Below are positions 1 through 11,705 of a DNA stretch of 64,000 nucleotides, one piece after another. Both the position numbers and the translations under genes were made by a program. Numbering within the stretch: position 1 is the stretch's first letter; every line of letters begins with the position of its first letter. The notes beneath the pieces were generated by a model. The model was not told the origin of the DNA. It was given only the letters and a program-made list of their open reading frames with translations, and ran no database searches. Source of the stretch: Glaucostegus cemiculus (taxonomy: Eukaryota); the NCBI GenBank assembly GCA_976551045.1, contig CDPCPM010000120.1, positions 3,286,001-3,350,000 on the forward strand. The letters are read 5' to 3'.

Positions 1-184
1 ATATCATGCCATGCTTATTTCCTTTTTTCCTTTTACCACAGCCTTACTTTGGTATTATCAGTAAATCTGATATATTCCCCTGTACACATCAGTTATCTGG
101 GCTTCTTGTCCAACATCCAATACTGACTGAACAATAACTTTCTCCAGCTAAAAGTTAGAAGACCAAAACTACGCTCCTGTGTTC

Positions 185-320
185 TTTCCCTAAAGCTTTA
201 TCTCTGTGGAGGTGATTTTGGGCAATTGCCTTAAAATCTCCAAATGTCTTCCCGTGTCAATTTTTGTTTATTTGGGATGTCTTACTACATTAACTGTGCT
301 ATATGAATTCACACTGCTGT
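185..320 (+). mobile_element. Degenerate L2-type LINE 3' end
   Basis: tccctaaagc...ttgggatgtcttactacattaactgtgctatatgaattcac resembles the L2 3' terminus common in elasmobranchs. Confidence 0.45.
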
Positions 321-544
321 CTTATGGAGAATAAGAGACAAAATTGATGGCTACGATACATTACAAATGGATTTGGCAGTCCATTTCTTAATAATATCTG
401 CTCTCCACACTTCAGCACATTGTGAATTCTGGCATTTCACCTTTAATGTCTTTGGAACAAATTTTTTATACACTTCTATTTTTACTTGTCAGATGTGGAT
501 AATATTTATTGTTCAAACTCCATCATCCTCTGAATACCAATGTA

Positions 545-845
545 TATCATTTAAGAAGGTAGTTAAGAGTCAACCACTTTAGTGAACTTAGAGCCACATA
601 GAGGTTGGACTGGATAAGAAGAGCAGATTTCCTTCCATTAAGGACAGTTGAACCAAAGAGCCCTTACACCAAACCAGTAATTCCATGGTCACTGAAGCCA
701 TTATCAGTACCACATTTTAATTCTAAATGTATTTGTTTACTGGATTTAAATTACTCTGCTTGCTTCAGTGGGAGTTGAATTCATGTTTTTGCATTTGAAT
801 TTGTCAGTTGTTCAGGTTTCTAGATACCAGTCCCATAACTAAAAT
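545..845 (-). mobile_element. tRNA-like-headed SINE/LINE 5' module (copy A)
   Basis: Shares the 14-mer gttgactcttaact (561-574 on -) and gaaggaaat with the copy at 2170-2810; B-box-like gaattcaactccc on - near 770-782. Confidence 0.6.
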
Positions 846-1019
846 TGAAAGTTACCTCATTTTTGAAAAAAAATGGATTATTCCACTTATGCTGTTTTTC
901 TTTTGATTATATGATTTAGCAAATTCCTGGAAGAATTTGATTAAATTCATCAAATCTGCAAATCGATGTTAATTGTCTTTGAGTAATCATCCCTTTAAAA
1001 AGTCAATCAAATTGTTTGC

Positions 1020-1290
1020 AGAGTGTTCAGCTCCATTGACAATTCCAGGATAATGAAGCAGTCCCTGTTCACATGCAGAAGGTCTGGACAACATCCAAGG
1101 ATGGGACAATTAGTAGCTATTAACATTAGTGCAGCTTATTTCTCAGGCAATGACCTTCCCAAGTAAGAGATAATGTTGGCCTATTTCCTTCTATTAATAC
1201 TTTCATCGACATATCTCCCACTGTCAACACCACAGGGGTCGCCATTGACGAGAAAATCAGTTGGATCAATCACAAAAATATTGCAGTTGA
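1020..1290 (+). mobile_element. CR1/L2-group LINE reverse transcriptase C-terminal fragment
   Basis: Degenerate LDNIQGW...QAMTFPSKR...GVAIDEKISWINH, matching the late RT/thumb region. Confidence 0.6.
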
Positions 1291-1599
1291 TTGGAGAATT
1301 TTCTTAATTTTCATTTATTACTTTATCATTGTTGTGGATTAAAGCTGTAGCTTCATTTTTAGTGTTTTTTGAGTCCAGAATTCAATCTACCCCAGAATTT
1401 TGTATTTCGTTCCCGCTTCAAATAATTTAATAAAATATGATTGAAAGTTGTTTCACTTAAAGAAAAGCTTATTCTTCATTAAACATAAATTGAATCCTTA
1501 CATTTGTACTGTGAATTTTCCATATTTTGGAAAAAAAATTGCAATTTTTTATTATTAAACATCTTGATCACTGGTTGGATATATCTTCAGTTGACAAGG

Positions 1600-1770
1600 T
1601 CCTAACTTTTCTAAACCTGCCCACCTCTCTAACTCTCTTTCCTCACTATTTCCCTTGAGCAATCTTAGGTCACCTTTACAAATATCATGTATTTTGGTGG
1701 CAGAATATGTTTAATTACACCTCTGAGAAGTGCCTTGGAGTGGAAGCAATAGAGATATAAATTTGTGTTA
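1600..1770 (+). mobile_element. Degenerate L2-type LINE 3' end
   Basis: ctaaacctgcccacctctctaactctctttcctc...ctctgagaagtgccttgg. Confidence 0.5.
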
Positions 1771-2169
1771 TATGAAATGATTTGGAATTGTAAAATTATA
1801 AAAATGCTGAATGTTAATTGTTTATGGTTATTTAAATTCTTTTATCACAACCCATAGTTCAAATAATAGATGGTACACGACACAACCAAACTAAACAAAA
1901 TAGCATTCTTTTGTGAGTACACTGAACAAATGCATTAATAATGCTTCATGCATATTCTAAATGTTCAGTACTCATCTTATGATATTAACCTATGATATCA
2001 TTGTCCCTTTCTTCAATTGCCGGACTACAGGAATATAGTATTATCAGTAATAGGACAATAATTATTTAGCGGTACTGTGTACATCATAAGATTAGCATAG
2101 CTAATTAAGGCTTTCAGTGAAACAGGTGAGCACTTGGCCCAGCAGATGTTTTAAAAAAATAATATAAGC

Positions 2170-2810
2170 AACAGTGGCAGTGGTTAAACTGGACGAGGTC
2201 TGGACTAATAGTTCAGAGACATAAAGTCATATTCAATTTCCTGATAAAATAATTTGGAATTAAAAATAGCAATGGAAATTACCAGATTATCATAAACCCT
2301 GTCTATCAGAGAAGGAAATGTTAGCTGTATTCACTTGACCCTTCACATTGTTGTTGACTCTTAACTGTCATCTGAAATGAAGTACCAAGCCATTCAATTG
2401 TATTAAAATAACTCCACTGAAACATAATAAGAATGAAACCAGATGGACCATCCAGCATTAGCCTAGCGCTGATTTCTGGCATGGCTGTCACTTTCAGCTA
2501 ACCTTGCAAAATCCTCATCATGAACATTACTGGATTAACAAAGCTGTCCCACAGACTAATCAGGCAACAGCTTGACATATTAGTAATGACTGTATCCTAC
2601 CTTACAGCCAACATGCCAGACTCATCCATCGCAAATCAGACCCCCTTGAGGATGCAGCGCAGTACTTTACAGGTGAGAAGGGCTGGTGCTAAGACCCTTC
2701 CACATTCACTTCAGACCCAATGAAGTCTCATGCCAACAGGCAAAGAAACATCCTCCTAATGCTACTTACTGTTCTGAGTAAATGAATATTCATCCATGTT
2801 GAACAACATT
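2170..2810 (+). mobile_element. tRNA-like-headed element running into a LINE AP-endonuclease ORF (copy B)
   Basis: A-box-like tggcagtgg at the start; ORF 2520-2723 reads LSHRLIRQQLDILVMTVSYL, resembling the APE N-terminal motif (PDI..lTEs.L). Confidence 0.6.
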
Positions 2811-2990
2811 TCTGTCAGCTTCACCTGTGAAGTTAGGACACCTCATATAATACTCCTCTGAATGATTCCTATTTTCATGCTGGTGAAGTGCTCATTATTA
2901 TCCCTGGTGGGTATTCCTTCCTATGTAGTGCCCTTCTCTTCCTTCTCCTTGTCACTTCCTTACCAGCTCCCCTACCCCCAACCACCACCA
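2800..2990 (-). mobile_element. PIF/Harbinger transposase N-terminal remnant
   Basis: RRKRRALHRKEYPPG...EHFT...SEEYYMRCPNFT across frameshifts, resembling the RRPYPPRVFREHFSY..SEEQC.RRLRF N-terminus of HARBI1-like transposases. Confidence 0.45.
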
Positions 2991-3239
2991 ATTTCATCCC
3001 CAAAAACTGCCAATCAAACCACCCATGACTGTTTATAAGGCCAAAATCACCATGTAACATGCAAAGGAAGTATATTCAAGTTAAACAGCAGTCTGAAGAA
3101 ATGAATGAGGAACAAGTACTGCAAATAGTAAGCAAAATAAATAGGCTGCAAAACCGAATGCCAGCAGAAAATAGATTTAGAGTATGGAAACTGTTCGAAG
3201 GACAACTTCAAAGGCAACATTCGTACTTATGTGCTGCAT

Positions 3240-4578
3240 CTGCAAAAAGGTGGATAAATTAACAACACAAGTAGTGGTAAATGGGTGTAAACCAATGATC
3301 ATTACTGAAGCGTGGTTGCAGTAACCAAACCTGGGGACTAAATCTTCCAGAGCATTCCACATTTAGAAAGGACAGGCAATAAGGAGAATTAGGTGGTGTA
3401 GCACTTTTAATGAGGGATGATGCCAGAACAGTAGTTAGAAAGGCAGTTTGCTTGGCAGATTTGGGTATAGAATTAGAATTAATTTGAATGGAACCATAAA
3501 GCAACAGAGGGGAGAAATCAGTGCTGGGAGTTGTTCATGGGCGTCCCGATAATAGTAGTGAAAAGAAGTACAGTTTAAGTAGGGAAATTAGAGGTGCATG
3601 TAGCAAGGGTGGTATGGTAATCATAGGGGACTTTAATTTCCATATTGACTGGATGAATTAAATTAGTACCTACAATGTAGAGAATGAAGTCTGGAAAGTA
3701 TATGAGATGGATTTGCAGATCAGTAGTTGAGGAACTGGGAAGGAACAGGCTGTTTTAGATCTCATGCTGTGTAATAAGAAAAGGTTAATTAATAAACTTG
3801 TAAAGGGGTCCCTAGGGTTGAAAGACCATAATAAGACAGAATTTTATATTAAAATAAATGTCATGCAGCTCAACCTGATTCAATGTAAGCAAAGGAAACT
3901 ATGAAGGTGTGAGATATAGGTTGGCTGGGGTAGATTGAAAACTTTGTCAAAAACATGACACTGGACAGGCATTGGCTGGCATTTAAGGAAATAATGCATG
4001 AGTTGCAACAAATTCCACAGGAAAAATGATACAACTGTAGATTACAGAAGTTATTAGTGTTAAGTCCAAAAAAAAAGGCTTAGAAAATTTCAGATAAAAA
4101 GCAGCAAGCTTGAGGATTATACCCATTTTAGAACTCAACAAAAGATGATCAAGAAAATGAGGAAGGATAAGGAAAATGGAATATGAGAGTAAACTAGCAG
4201 AACCATAAAACAAGAACTTCAACAGATAAGCAAAATGGAAAAGACCAGTGAGAGTAAATGTGGGTTGTTACAGGCTGAGATGGGGGAATTTATGATGGGA
4301 ACTAGGGAAATGAAGGCAGAAAAGAAACTACTGGAGAATCTAGTATTCAATGCACGGGACAAAGTAAAAGAAATTAGAATTGACTAAAAGAAATACTGCT
4401 AGAGAAGATAATGAGCCTGAAAGCTGAAAGCCCAAAGACCTGATGATCTACATCCCAAACTTTTGAAAGTGTTGAGAATGTTGTTAGTGGATGCTCTGAT
4501 CATCAACTTCCATAAATCTATAGATTTTGGAATGATTGAAGGATAGCACATGTGATCCCACTCTTTAAGAAGGGGTGT
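3240..4578 (+). mobile_element. CR1 (HER1-like) LINE ORF2 remnant: endonuclease through start of RT
   Basis: ITEAWLQ, FRKDRQ..GGVAL, VIIGDFNFHIDW and HVIPLFKKG motifs, with many stops and frameshifts. Confidence 0.85.
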
Positions 4579-4609
4579 GGGGGGGGGAACATAATTTAGG
4601 AAACTGCTT

Positions 4610-5460
4610 CTGCTTCAGGATTGAAGATGAATTACTTTCACGCTGGTCTCATTAGACACCCCAGGACCCACAAAGTCAATGTGGGAATGACAGATTTTTC
4701 CACAGGTGAGGTATCTGGTGGCTGACAGGCAGATGGGTGGATAGCCCACACCTTCTCCTATGCAGGACATCTGTGTGCTCCCCTCCTTCCTCCTATGCAT
4801 GGCCTCAATGTTGTCAATACTAGCCCGGATTCTTCTTCTCCACTTTAAGTGGTCATGGGCCAGAGGTTCCATGGGAATGTTACATTTTTTCAAGGAGGCT
4901 CTGACCACATCCTCAAAACATTTTCTCTATCTGCATGGTAAACTCTTCTCATGACAGAGCTTTTGAAATAGAGGTCTCCTTCAGGACTCTGGTGTTGGGC
5001 ATGCAGTCAATGTGGCTTGCCCAGTGTAGCCAACGACATGGAGTTCACTAATTCCACAGGGTGAGTCACAGAAGCACTGAACCAGCTCATTCTTGACGAT
5101 AAAGCTCAGGCTGAAGACAGCATTCCTTGTCCTGTTTGCCCCTCCAGAAGAAGGTGTACCTCCCACCTTGTTCCTTAAACTGCATATCTCCTGCTCATCA
5201 TGTCTTACTCAGTGCAATAATATCAATGTCAAAGCATCTGAGCTCTAATATAGCTGACGGCATTCGGACCTGTCTCTGTGAGGATTGTACTGACGTTCCA
5301 GGTCCCAAACTTTATACTGTGGAACAGAAGTTGCCTGTGTGTGATTTCTTTTAACCTTGTGTAGCTGTTGCGCACTGCCTATCACACAGGCTTCAAACAG
5401 CAAGGTCTTGATCCAATGGCAAAGGAGTCCAAGATAACTGAAGACCACAATATGGTAGTG
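4610..5460 (-). mobile_element. RTE-clade LINE 3' portion, inserted between two CR1 segments
   Basis: ORF 4615-4908(-) RASLKKCNIP..LAHDHLKWRR...CGKICHSHI matches an RTE C-terminus with a zinc-finger-like motif. Confidence 0.75.
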
Positions 5461-5479
5461 TTAATACTCACTCATTAGC

Positions 5480-5702
5480 CTGTTAGTTTGATATTGAAAT
5501 AGAGGAATTGACTGGGGAGGCATGGGTGAAAGTGTTTCTCCTGGATGAGGACTCTAGAACTAAGGGGCAAAATCTCAAAATAACGAATAAGCCTTTTGGG
5601 GCTGAAATCTGGAGAAATGTCTGAACTCAGAGGCTAGTGAATCTATGGGATTCTCCACATAAGAGGACTGTGAAGGCTCAGTCATAGATTGGATGCAAAA
5701 CA
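5480..5702 (+). mobile_element. CR1 LINE 3' segment (appears to resume near 6030 after a SINE insertion)
   Basis: tctagaactaaggggcaaaatctcaaaata...tcagaggctagtgaatctatgggattctc matches the CR1 SRTRGH..K...QRVVNLWNSLP region. Confidence 0.75.
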
Positions 5703-6022
5703 GAGGTTGCTGCCACATTGTTCCATTGACCCAGGTTTGTTGCTGATCTCCAGTGCCGTGAGTGTGGAGTTTCACTGGTGACCTCACAGGTTTCACTGGG
5801 GTGCTCCGGTTTAATCCCTTATCCCAAAAACATGCTGGTAGGTTAATTAGCTGCCATAAATTTCTCCTAATGTAGGTGGTGGCAGGAGATTCTGGGTGGA
5901 GTTGATGGGTAAATGAGAGAGAATAGGGTTTGGGCAAATAAGTGAGGGAATGAGTTTGATGGAAATGGTATGAGAACTGGCACAGACTCAGTGGGCTGAA
6001 TGGCCTCCTCCTATGGTGTAAG
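5703..6022 (+). mobile_element. HE1/V-SINE-type tRNA SINE with CR1-derived tail
   Basis: V-domain-like ggtttcactggggtgctccggttt..cccaaaaacatgctggtaggttaatt; tail gactcagtgggctgaatggcctcctcct. Confidence 0.75.
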
Positions 6023-6309
6023 GAAATATAAGATGGATTCTGGATATTATGTCAACCATTAAATACTCGCTATATTAATTACATTTTCCAGCATTTGGTC
6101 TCTTAGTCTTCTATGCTGAGATGAGTCAAATGCTTGTCTTATTCAGACAATCCTAATACTATTTCTGCCTTTGGAAGTGTATGCTGTGGTTACAGATCGC
6201 AGGAATAGTTTGTTCTAACATCTATCCAACATAGAGTAGTATTTTCCACAATGGTGCCTAGAAGGGATATTTAGTTTGGAATGATTCGTCATCTTTTTCA
6301 GGAGCTTAC

Positions 6310-6600
6310 TGATCAGTTGACTGCTGAGGTGAACCTGCAGGAAAGATGATGAGGAGCTAACTTAGCAATCAGAAGTTGGACCTTCCCAGAAACATGGCCA
6401 TTCTGGTTGAGATTTTGGAGATGGCTGAAAATGAATTTGCTTCTGGCTCACAAAGGACCTCATGTGATAAGCTGTCTCCTTGCTCAGAGGAAACTCTAGC
6501 TCATAAGCTGTAAGGTCCTGCTGAGGTGGCCATTTCAGCTGCTTGCTATTCTCTCTGGATCGGACCATGCTGCGTGTACCTTTATGTTGGTTCTGCATGT
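6310..6600 (-). mobile_element. Possible highly degraded Harbinger transposase N-terminal remnant
   Basis: WPPQ...LSKETAYHMRSF...IFPAGSPQ is loosely similar to LSEEQC.RRLRF...FfasGSFQ. Confidence 0.3.
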
Positions 6601-6789
6601 AGTGGATTGGCTGCAAGTGGGAAAGAGAAACATAGTAAAAGAATAAGAAGATTTGAGTAGGAAGTATTCATTTTAAATGTGAAAAGAAATCATGAGGTAT
6701 AGTCTCTGCAGTTGACACATATTGAACTTTGGCTGGTCATTGTACACAGTTACAGTCCCAAAAATTATAAAAGAAAAGTGGAAACACAG

Positions 6790-6950
6790 TAGAAAGATTT
6801 ACAATAATTATACCAGACATTAGAGGATATAATTAACAGGAAAGGCTGAGGTCCATTATTTAAGAACAGAGAAAAATGAGCGGTAATCAGACAATGATCT
6901 TTAAAATTATGAAGCCTTCTGATGGGCCGACACAGGGAAGATGTTGGACA
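6790..6950 (+). mobile_element. Old CR1 3' fragment
   Basis: gaaaggctgagg...tctttaaaattatgaag...gacacagggaagatgtt (ERL..FKIMK..D.GKM). Confidence 0.5.
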
Positions 6951-8069
6951 GTGCAAAGCACCATTAGGGGTCCCAATTACTTTTTTCCACGTACTAAATT
7001 TGTTGCAATTTTATGAAATACATAGATTGTAAATGTTTATACTTTAAAGCTACTGACTAGGTATGTCCACTACAGCTTCTAATTCCAAATATTGCTGAAA
7101 CTGAGCAATATTTGGAATTGAGAGAGCAGTGTGTTGTCGTATCTGCTTAGTTGAAACTATCTTGTGCTCTCTCAATTCCACACATGAAGAGAGTTAATGC
7201 TAGGCCCAAAGGGAGAGAAAGGATTCTCCTGAACCTAGCAACATCTATTGGTATAGATATATAGTCATTATAACTGTCTTTATAATTGCCATAATGAATG
7301 TGCCATATTATGCCATTTTTTAAAATTTCTGACTAGTGGTTAATTGGAGCTGCAGATTGGTTTCAATTATGTTATTTATTTCCACCCTTATTGAGTAGGA
7401 AATTTCAACATGTGACCCCATGAATTTCATTTTGCCCCTGCTTGAAATCCAATTTGTCCATATAGTGACTGGATGATCTTTCATATCACTGACTCTGAAA
7501 AAGTAGGTGATGATTCCTTGGGTATCATAATCATTGGCATTAGTTCCAACAGCATGACAGCTATTGCATGACCAAATGTTTGATTTTATTAGATTATTTG
7601 CTTCATATAATTATGTAGAACTGAAAGACATCATGTGTTGATGGATTGAGTTAACTCCGTATTATTTCCTTGTGAATCAATACTTATACAACTGTGAACT
7701 TCACTATGATTTTTTGCTTTATTTGTGACCAGATATTGCCAATTAGAAACACCAAAAATTCATATAACACTATTGACTTACAGACTAATTTGATTTGTAT
7801 TTTCTTTATGTTCAACAACTCTAAACTGTTAAAGCAGATTTAAACTTGTTTAATTGGAACAACTACATTCTTGGCAAATGTTGTTTATGGAGCTTCATAG
7901 ATTTTCTTTCTCTTTAAACTCATGGATGATACACTGTTTAGATGCTACTCTATATGGCAAACCGAGGCAAGAGAATAGGAATGGGAGGAGCTGGATGATG
8001 TATGTTTATTAGCACTATGAGGACATCTGTGAGTTCAGATTGGATAAAAGGTCATAGAGCACATTGCAT

Positions 8070-8082
8070 GTTGCTAGGTAAC
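8070..8082. promoter_or_regulatory. RFX X-box-like palindromic motif GTTGCTAGGTAAC
   Basis: Close match to the X-box consensus GTTRCYNNGYAAC, in sequence with no recognisable repeat. Confidence 0.35.
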
Positions 8083-9239
8083 ATTGCCTCTTAGCCAATT
8101 TAGCTGTGAATCTGGAAGGGTTATAATTTTATACAAAGAAATGGGTTGTCTGACTAGTTATATGAATCGTCGTTATGTCTAGCTGTGGCTGGTTTAATTT
8201 CACGAGGCTTAATGAATCTTATTGTTAATAGGAAGAAGTTGATTCCCAGTGCTGTTTTCATGATTGTTCCTTAAATTAATCCGCTGTAATCTCAACATGG
8301 CAGGTAGGAAAAGGGATTGTGCAACTATCTTACTCCAGAGGAGAAAACAAAGTGTCATCTATTTGTGCAATGTATCTTCTGTTATTAGGACTAACAGTGC
8401 TGTTATCACATAAGTTCTTACATAATTATCAGTTGATAATATATTGGCTAACAAGTTGTAATTATACATAAAATTCCAAAAGTATATACTAAAATCTGGA
8501 AGCATAAAATTCTGTTCAATGTGGATACAACTATTCTGATCCTATACCAATTAATTGGATTAGCAAAAGCCAAGCAAAATTTAAACAAGTTAATACACTG
8601 AAAAGATAGATTATGCTACTCATATCTAAAGTGGCCACGGTACTGTTTAACTGCAATAATAAATTCAAATTTTCATAGTCCGGGAAAACATTGATAGAAC
8701 TCTCCTTCTAAAATAGAAACAAAAATCTGATGGAAAATCTGATCGAACAAGTTGCTTTTGACGATGGGAATGTTTTGTATTTTTAAATAAAAAATAAATT
8801 AATTTAGTCCTTGTAAAGGATTAAAATTAAGATCAAATTATTTTGATGTAGCAAAATCAAACTAAGTTCATTGAATAATAAAAGGCAGAAGAATGGATGG
8901 AGTTTATCCAGTCAGTACAAGATAGCTTAAATTTAGATTATCATGCTTTTGTTAGTCATCGTTATCCTGAATAAATTTTAATTCTGTATCTTATTGCCTT
9001 TTTGTTCACCTGACAACTTTCCAGCTTCCATTCTTTGGATTTTTATTATATTTGCCATTTTAATATTTTTCTTCTTTAGCCATTTTTCCCTTTGCTCCTT
9101 TATTATCTTAATTGGATTGAAATAGCTGAATGGCTGACATGTGTTGGTTGCTGTTTGTAGAAATACATTTTAAAAGGGAGGTGTAAAGTTTTCAATGACT
9201 GAAGAATGTGACATTGCATTCAATTCTCTTGCATCTTAA

Positions 9240-10260
9240 TCAAGAAAAGGTTTGTGAGATGTCGATAACCATTATTTAAAGATCATTGGAAAACTAAGGA
9301 AGTACCAGTAGATTATACCAGTAGATTAGGCCACCCTGCAAACTAATCTTGTGGTTACTTTCAAACTACGGACCAATCAGTCTTGCTTGCTTTCCATGTC
9401 AAACATGGAAATGATCATAAGAGAAAACTCGAACATTACTTGCACAGTCATAGTCTATTAAACAACGATCAGGTTGAATTCAGATAGCAAGGATACTGCC
9501 TGATCAATTTCCTTGACTTTCTTGCAGAAGTGTCATCCCAGTGGACTTTGGGAAGCTGTGTGAGGTGATGTGCCTAGACATCCAAAGCTATTTGATAAAG
9601 TTCTACATGAAAGGCTAGTTGTTCAGATCAAAGCTTTGGGGATTTGGGAACTCTATGGGGATAATTATGAAACTAACCAAAGGATAGGAAATAATGAGTT
9701 CTTATTAGTAAAGTTATACCAGATTGATAGCTTGGGGTGGTGGTGCAATGTTAAATAAGGTATCTCAGGGCATTCTATTACAATCGCTTCTGTGACAAGC
9801 TTATATAACTGACCTAAAGTCAACAATTTGAGCAGTGGCAATGCATAGCAAATTGAAAGAGGCAGTAAATTTAAGTGTTAACTCAGAAATTGCAGAATAG
9901 GTTGCACCAAATATGTGAGAGCATAACAAAATAGTAGATGAACCTTAATAAAAAAGATACATGTTGTGCGAGAAAGGAAAGAGAACTACCCCCAAGAATG
10001 CTTCTGAAGCAGACAAAAAAGAAGCTTAAAGAGACCAGAGTCATAACAGACTCATAGTCAACCATCATAAACATCAATCAACAAAACCAAAAGGATGCTG
10101 AATTATACTGCCAAATGCTCCAGTATTAGTCAGAGCAGGTAATGATCAAAGTTTTCAGTTACTCAGATTAGACTGCACCTCAGGTATTGTGTCTACCCAT
10201 TAACGCAATGTCATTCAAGCACTGGAGGCAGTGCATAGTAAAGCAACAACATTAATTTTT
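9240..10260 (+). mobile_element. Ancient CR1 LINE RT remnant
   Basis: NYGPISL, CLINFLDF, FDKVLHERLVVQIKALGI (ORF 9570-9758) and RLHLRYCV motifs. Confidence 0.8.
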
Positions 10261-10279
10261 AACTCTTGTCTCCCTGTTA

Positions 10280-10600
10280 CTCATCCGCAGAACAGAAGGT
10301 CATGTGTTGAGTTTTTCCTCCACAATATCCTTTTGGAAAGATCAACTTTTCTTGTGCCATTCCACTCAACAACTCTTTATCCAAGCCACCAAAGCCGTCC
10401 GTTCCCTGGCCAGTGCAGACAGTATATTGAGTTGAACACAAGAGTTCAAAACTTAAACATTCCATAGAAGATAAACTTGTGTCATCATAGATCACAAAAG
10501 AACACCTTCTTCCACCCCATCCACTTGCTGTCATCTTCAGAATGAAGAATTTCACTACTGACCTGTCTAGCCTCCCACCATCCAAACGTTGTAAAACACA
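10280..10600 (+). mobile_element. PIF/Harbinger transposase remnant
   Basis: SAEQKVMC/LSFSSTISF...QYIEL across frameshifts, similar to S.EQK....L.FyatGSFQ...QYI.F. Confidence 0.4.
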
Positions 10601-11274
10601 GCTACGTCTAGCCATTTGTAAGGCAAATGGAAGGGAAATGAATACAACAGTGGGGAAGTTTTGTTTCAACTGTGCAGAACTTATACTTGAGGGGCAAAGT
10701 GGTCCTGCACCTGATCCTATTTTTTATTTCCCCATATCATTTCATCCATAACACTGCGGTCCTTATTGCAAACCACATCAAGTTATACTTACCAACCACC
10801 CTTGTGCTCATTGATCTGTAATGCCTTTGGGTCACCCAGTGTCTCATTTACAGTTTTCATCTGTTAACAGAAATCACTTCATGGTTTTGCCCTCCTTAAC
10901 TCTGCCACCATCTTCATGAAAGAACTCATTAAGAATGCTCCCTATTAGGGTTGGAGTCCTTGCTCTTGTTACACACAGTCACTGACCTTCCACTCAGCAG
11001 TTCCTTCCTCAAACCCTGGAGAGGTGTGGAGCAGTCTAGTAAATGAAAAGTGAGAGTGGGTGGTAAGCACTACACAGCAAAACCCAGAACATTGGTGTTT
11101 ACATTAGCCTTAACTCCCAGAGATATTTAGTCATGATGTCTTGTTTTCGGTCCAGAAAGTTGATCATCCAAAGTTTTTAATGTAAGCACTTCCCAGATTT
11201 AGTTAAGCTGAGAAATTGTTGACCCATTTTTCTTATTTGACTCAGTGATTATGAAATTTTAACCACTGGTTCCT

Positions 11275-11705
11275 CAGTACAAGGAGAAACCAATCGTAGA
11301 CTAGGCAATTGGTCTGCGCAGCACCTGTTCTGTCCACAGGGGCCATCTTGAGCTTCCTGTTGCATCTCACTTTAATTATCCTTCACACTCCTATACCAAC
11401 CTGTGTGTGCTTGGCCTCCTCCATTGCCATGGAGAGGCCAGACGCAAATTGGAAGAGCAATATCTCATATTCTGCTTGGGCATCTCACAACCCAATGCTC
11501 CGAACATTGAATTTTCCAATTTCAAGTAACCCACAACCCAGTTATCTCCTCCCACATGCACTCACTACCTCACCCAGTATTCTTCTCCCTTTGTTCATCT
11601 CTCCTATTTCCTCCCCCAACCTGCTTCCATTTCCCAATTGTCCCCATTCCTCCCCCAATCTGCTTCTTCCTATCATCTACCAGCCTCTGTCCCACCCCCT
11701 CTCCC
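11275..11705 (+). mobile_element. Penelope-like element: GIY-YIG endonuclease C-terminus plus pyrimidine-rich tail
   Basis: GETNRRLG..AQHL..LELPVASHFN..LCVLGLLHCHGEARRKLEEQYLIFCLG..QPN..NIEFSNFK* with the stop near 11529. Confidence 0.85.

Noticed and set aside
9304-9329. Short tandem duplications (taccagtagatta twice; similar cases near 21199, 31637 and 52295)
   Set aside because: Only two or three units with no spacers; slippage products, not CRISPR-like or satellite arrays
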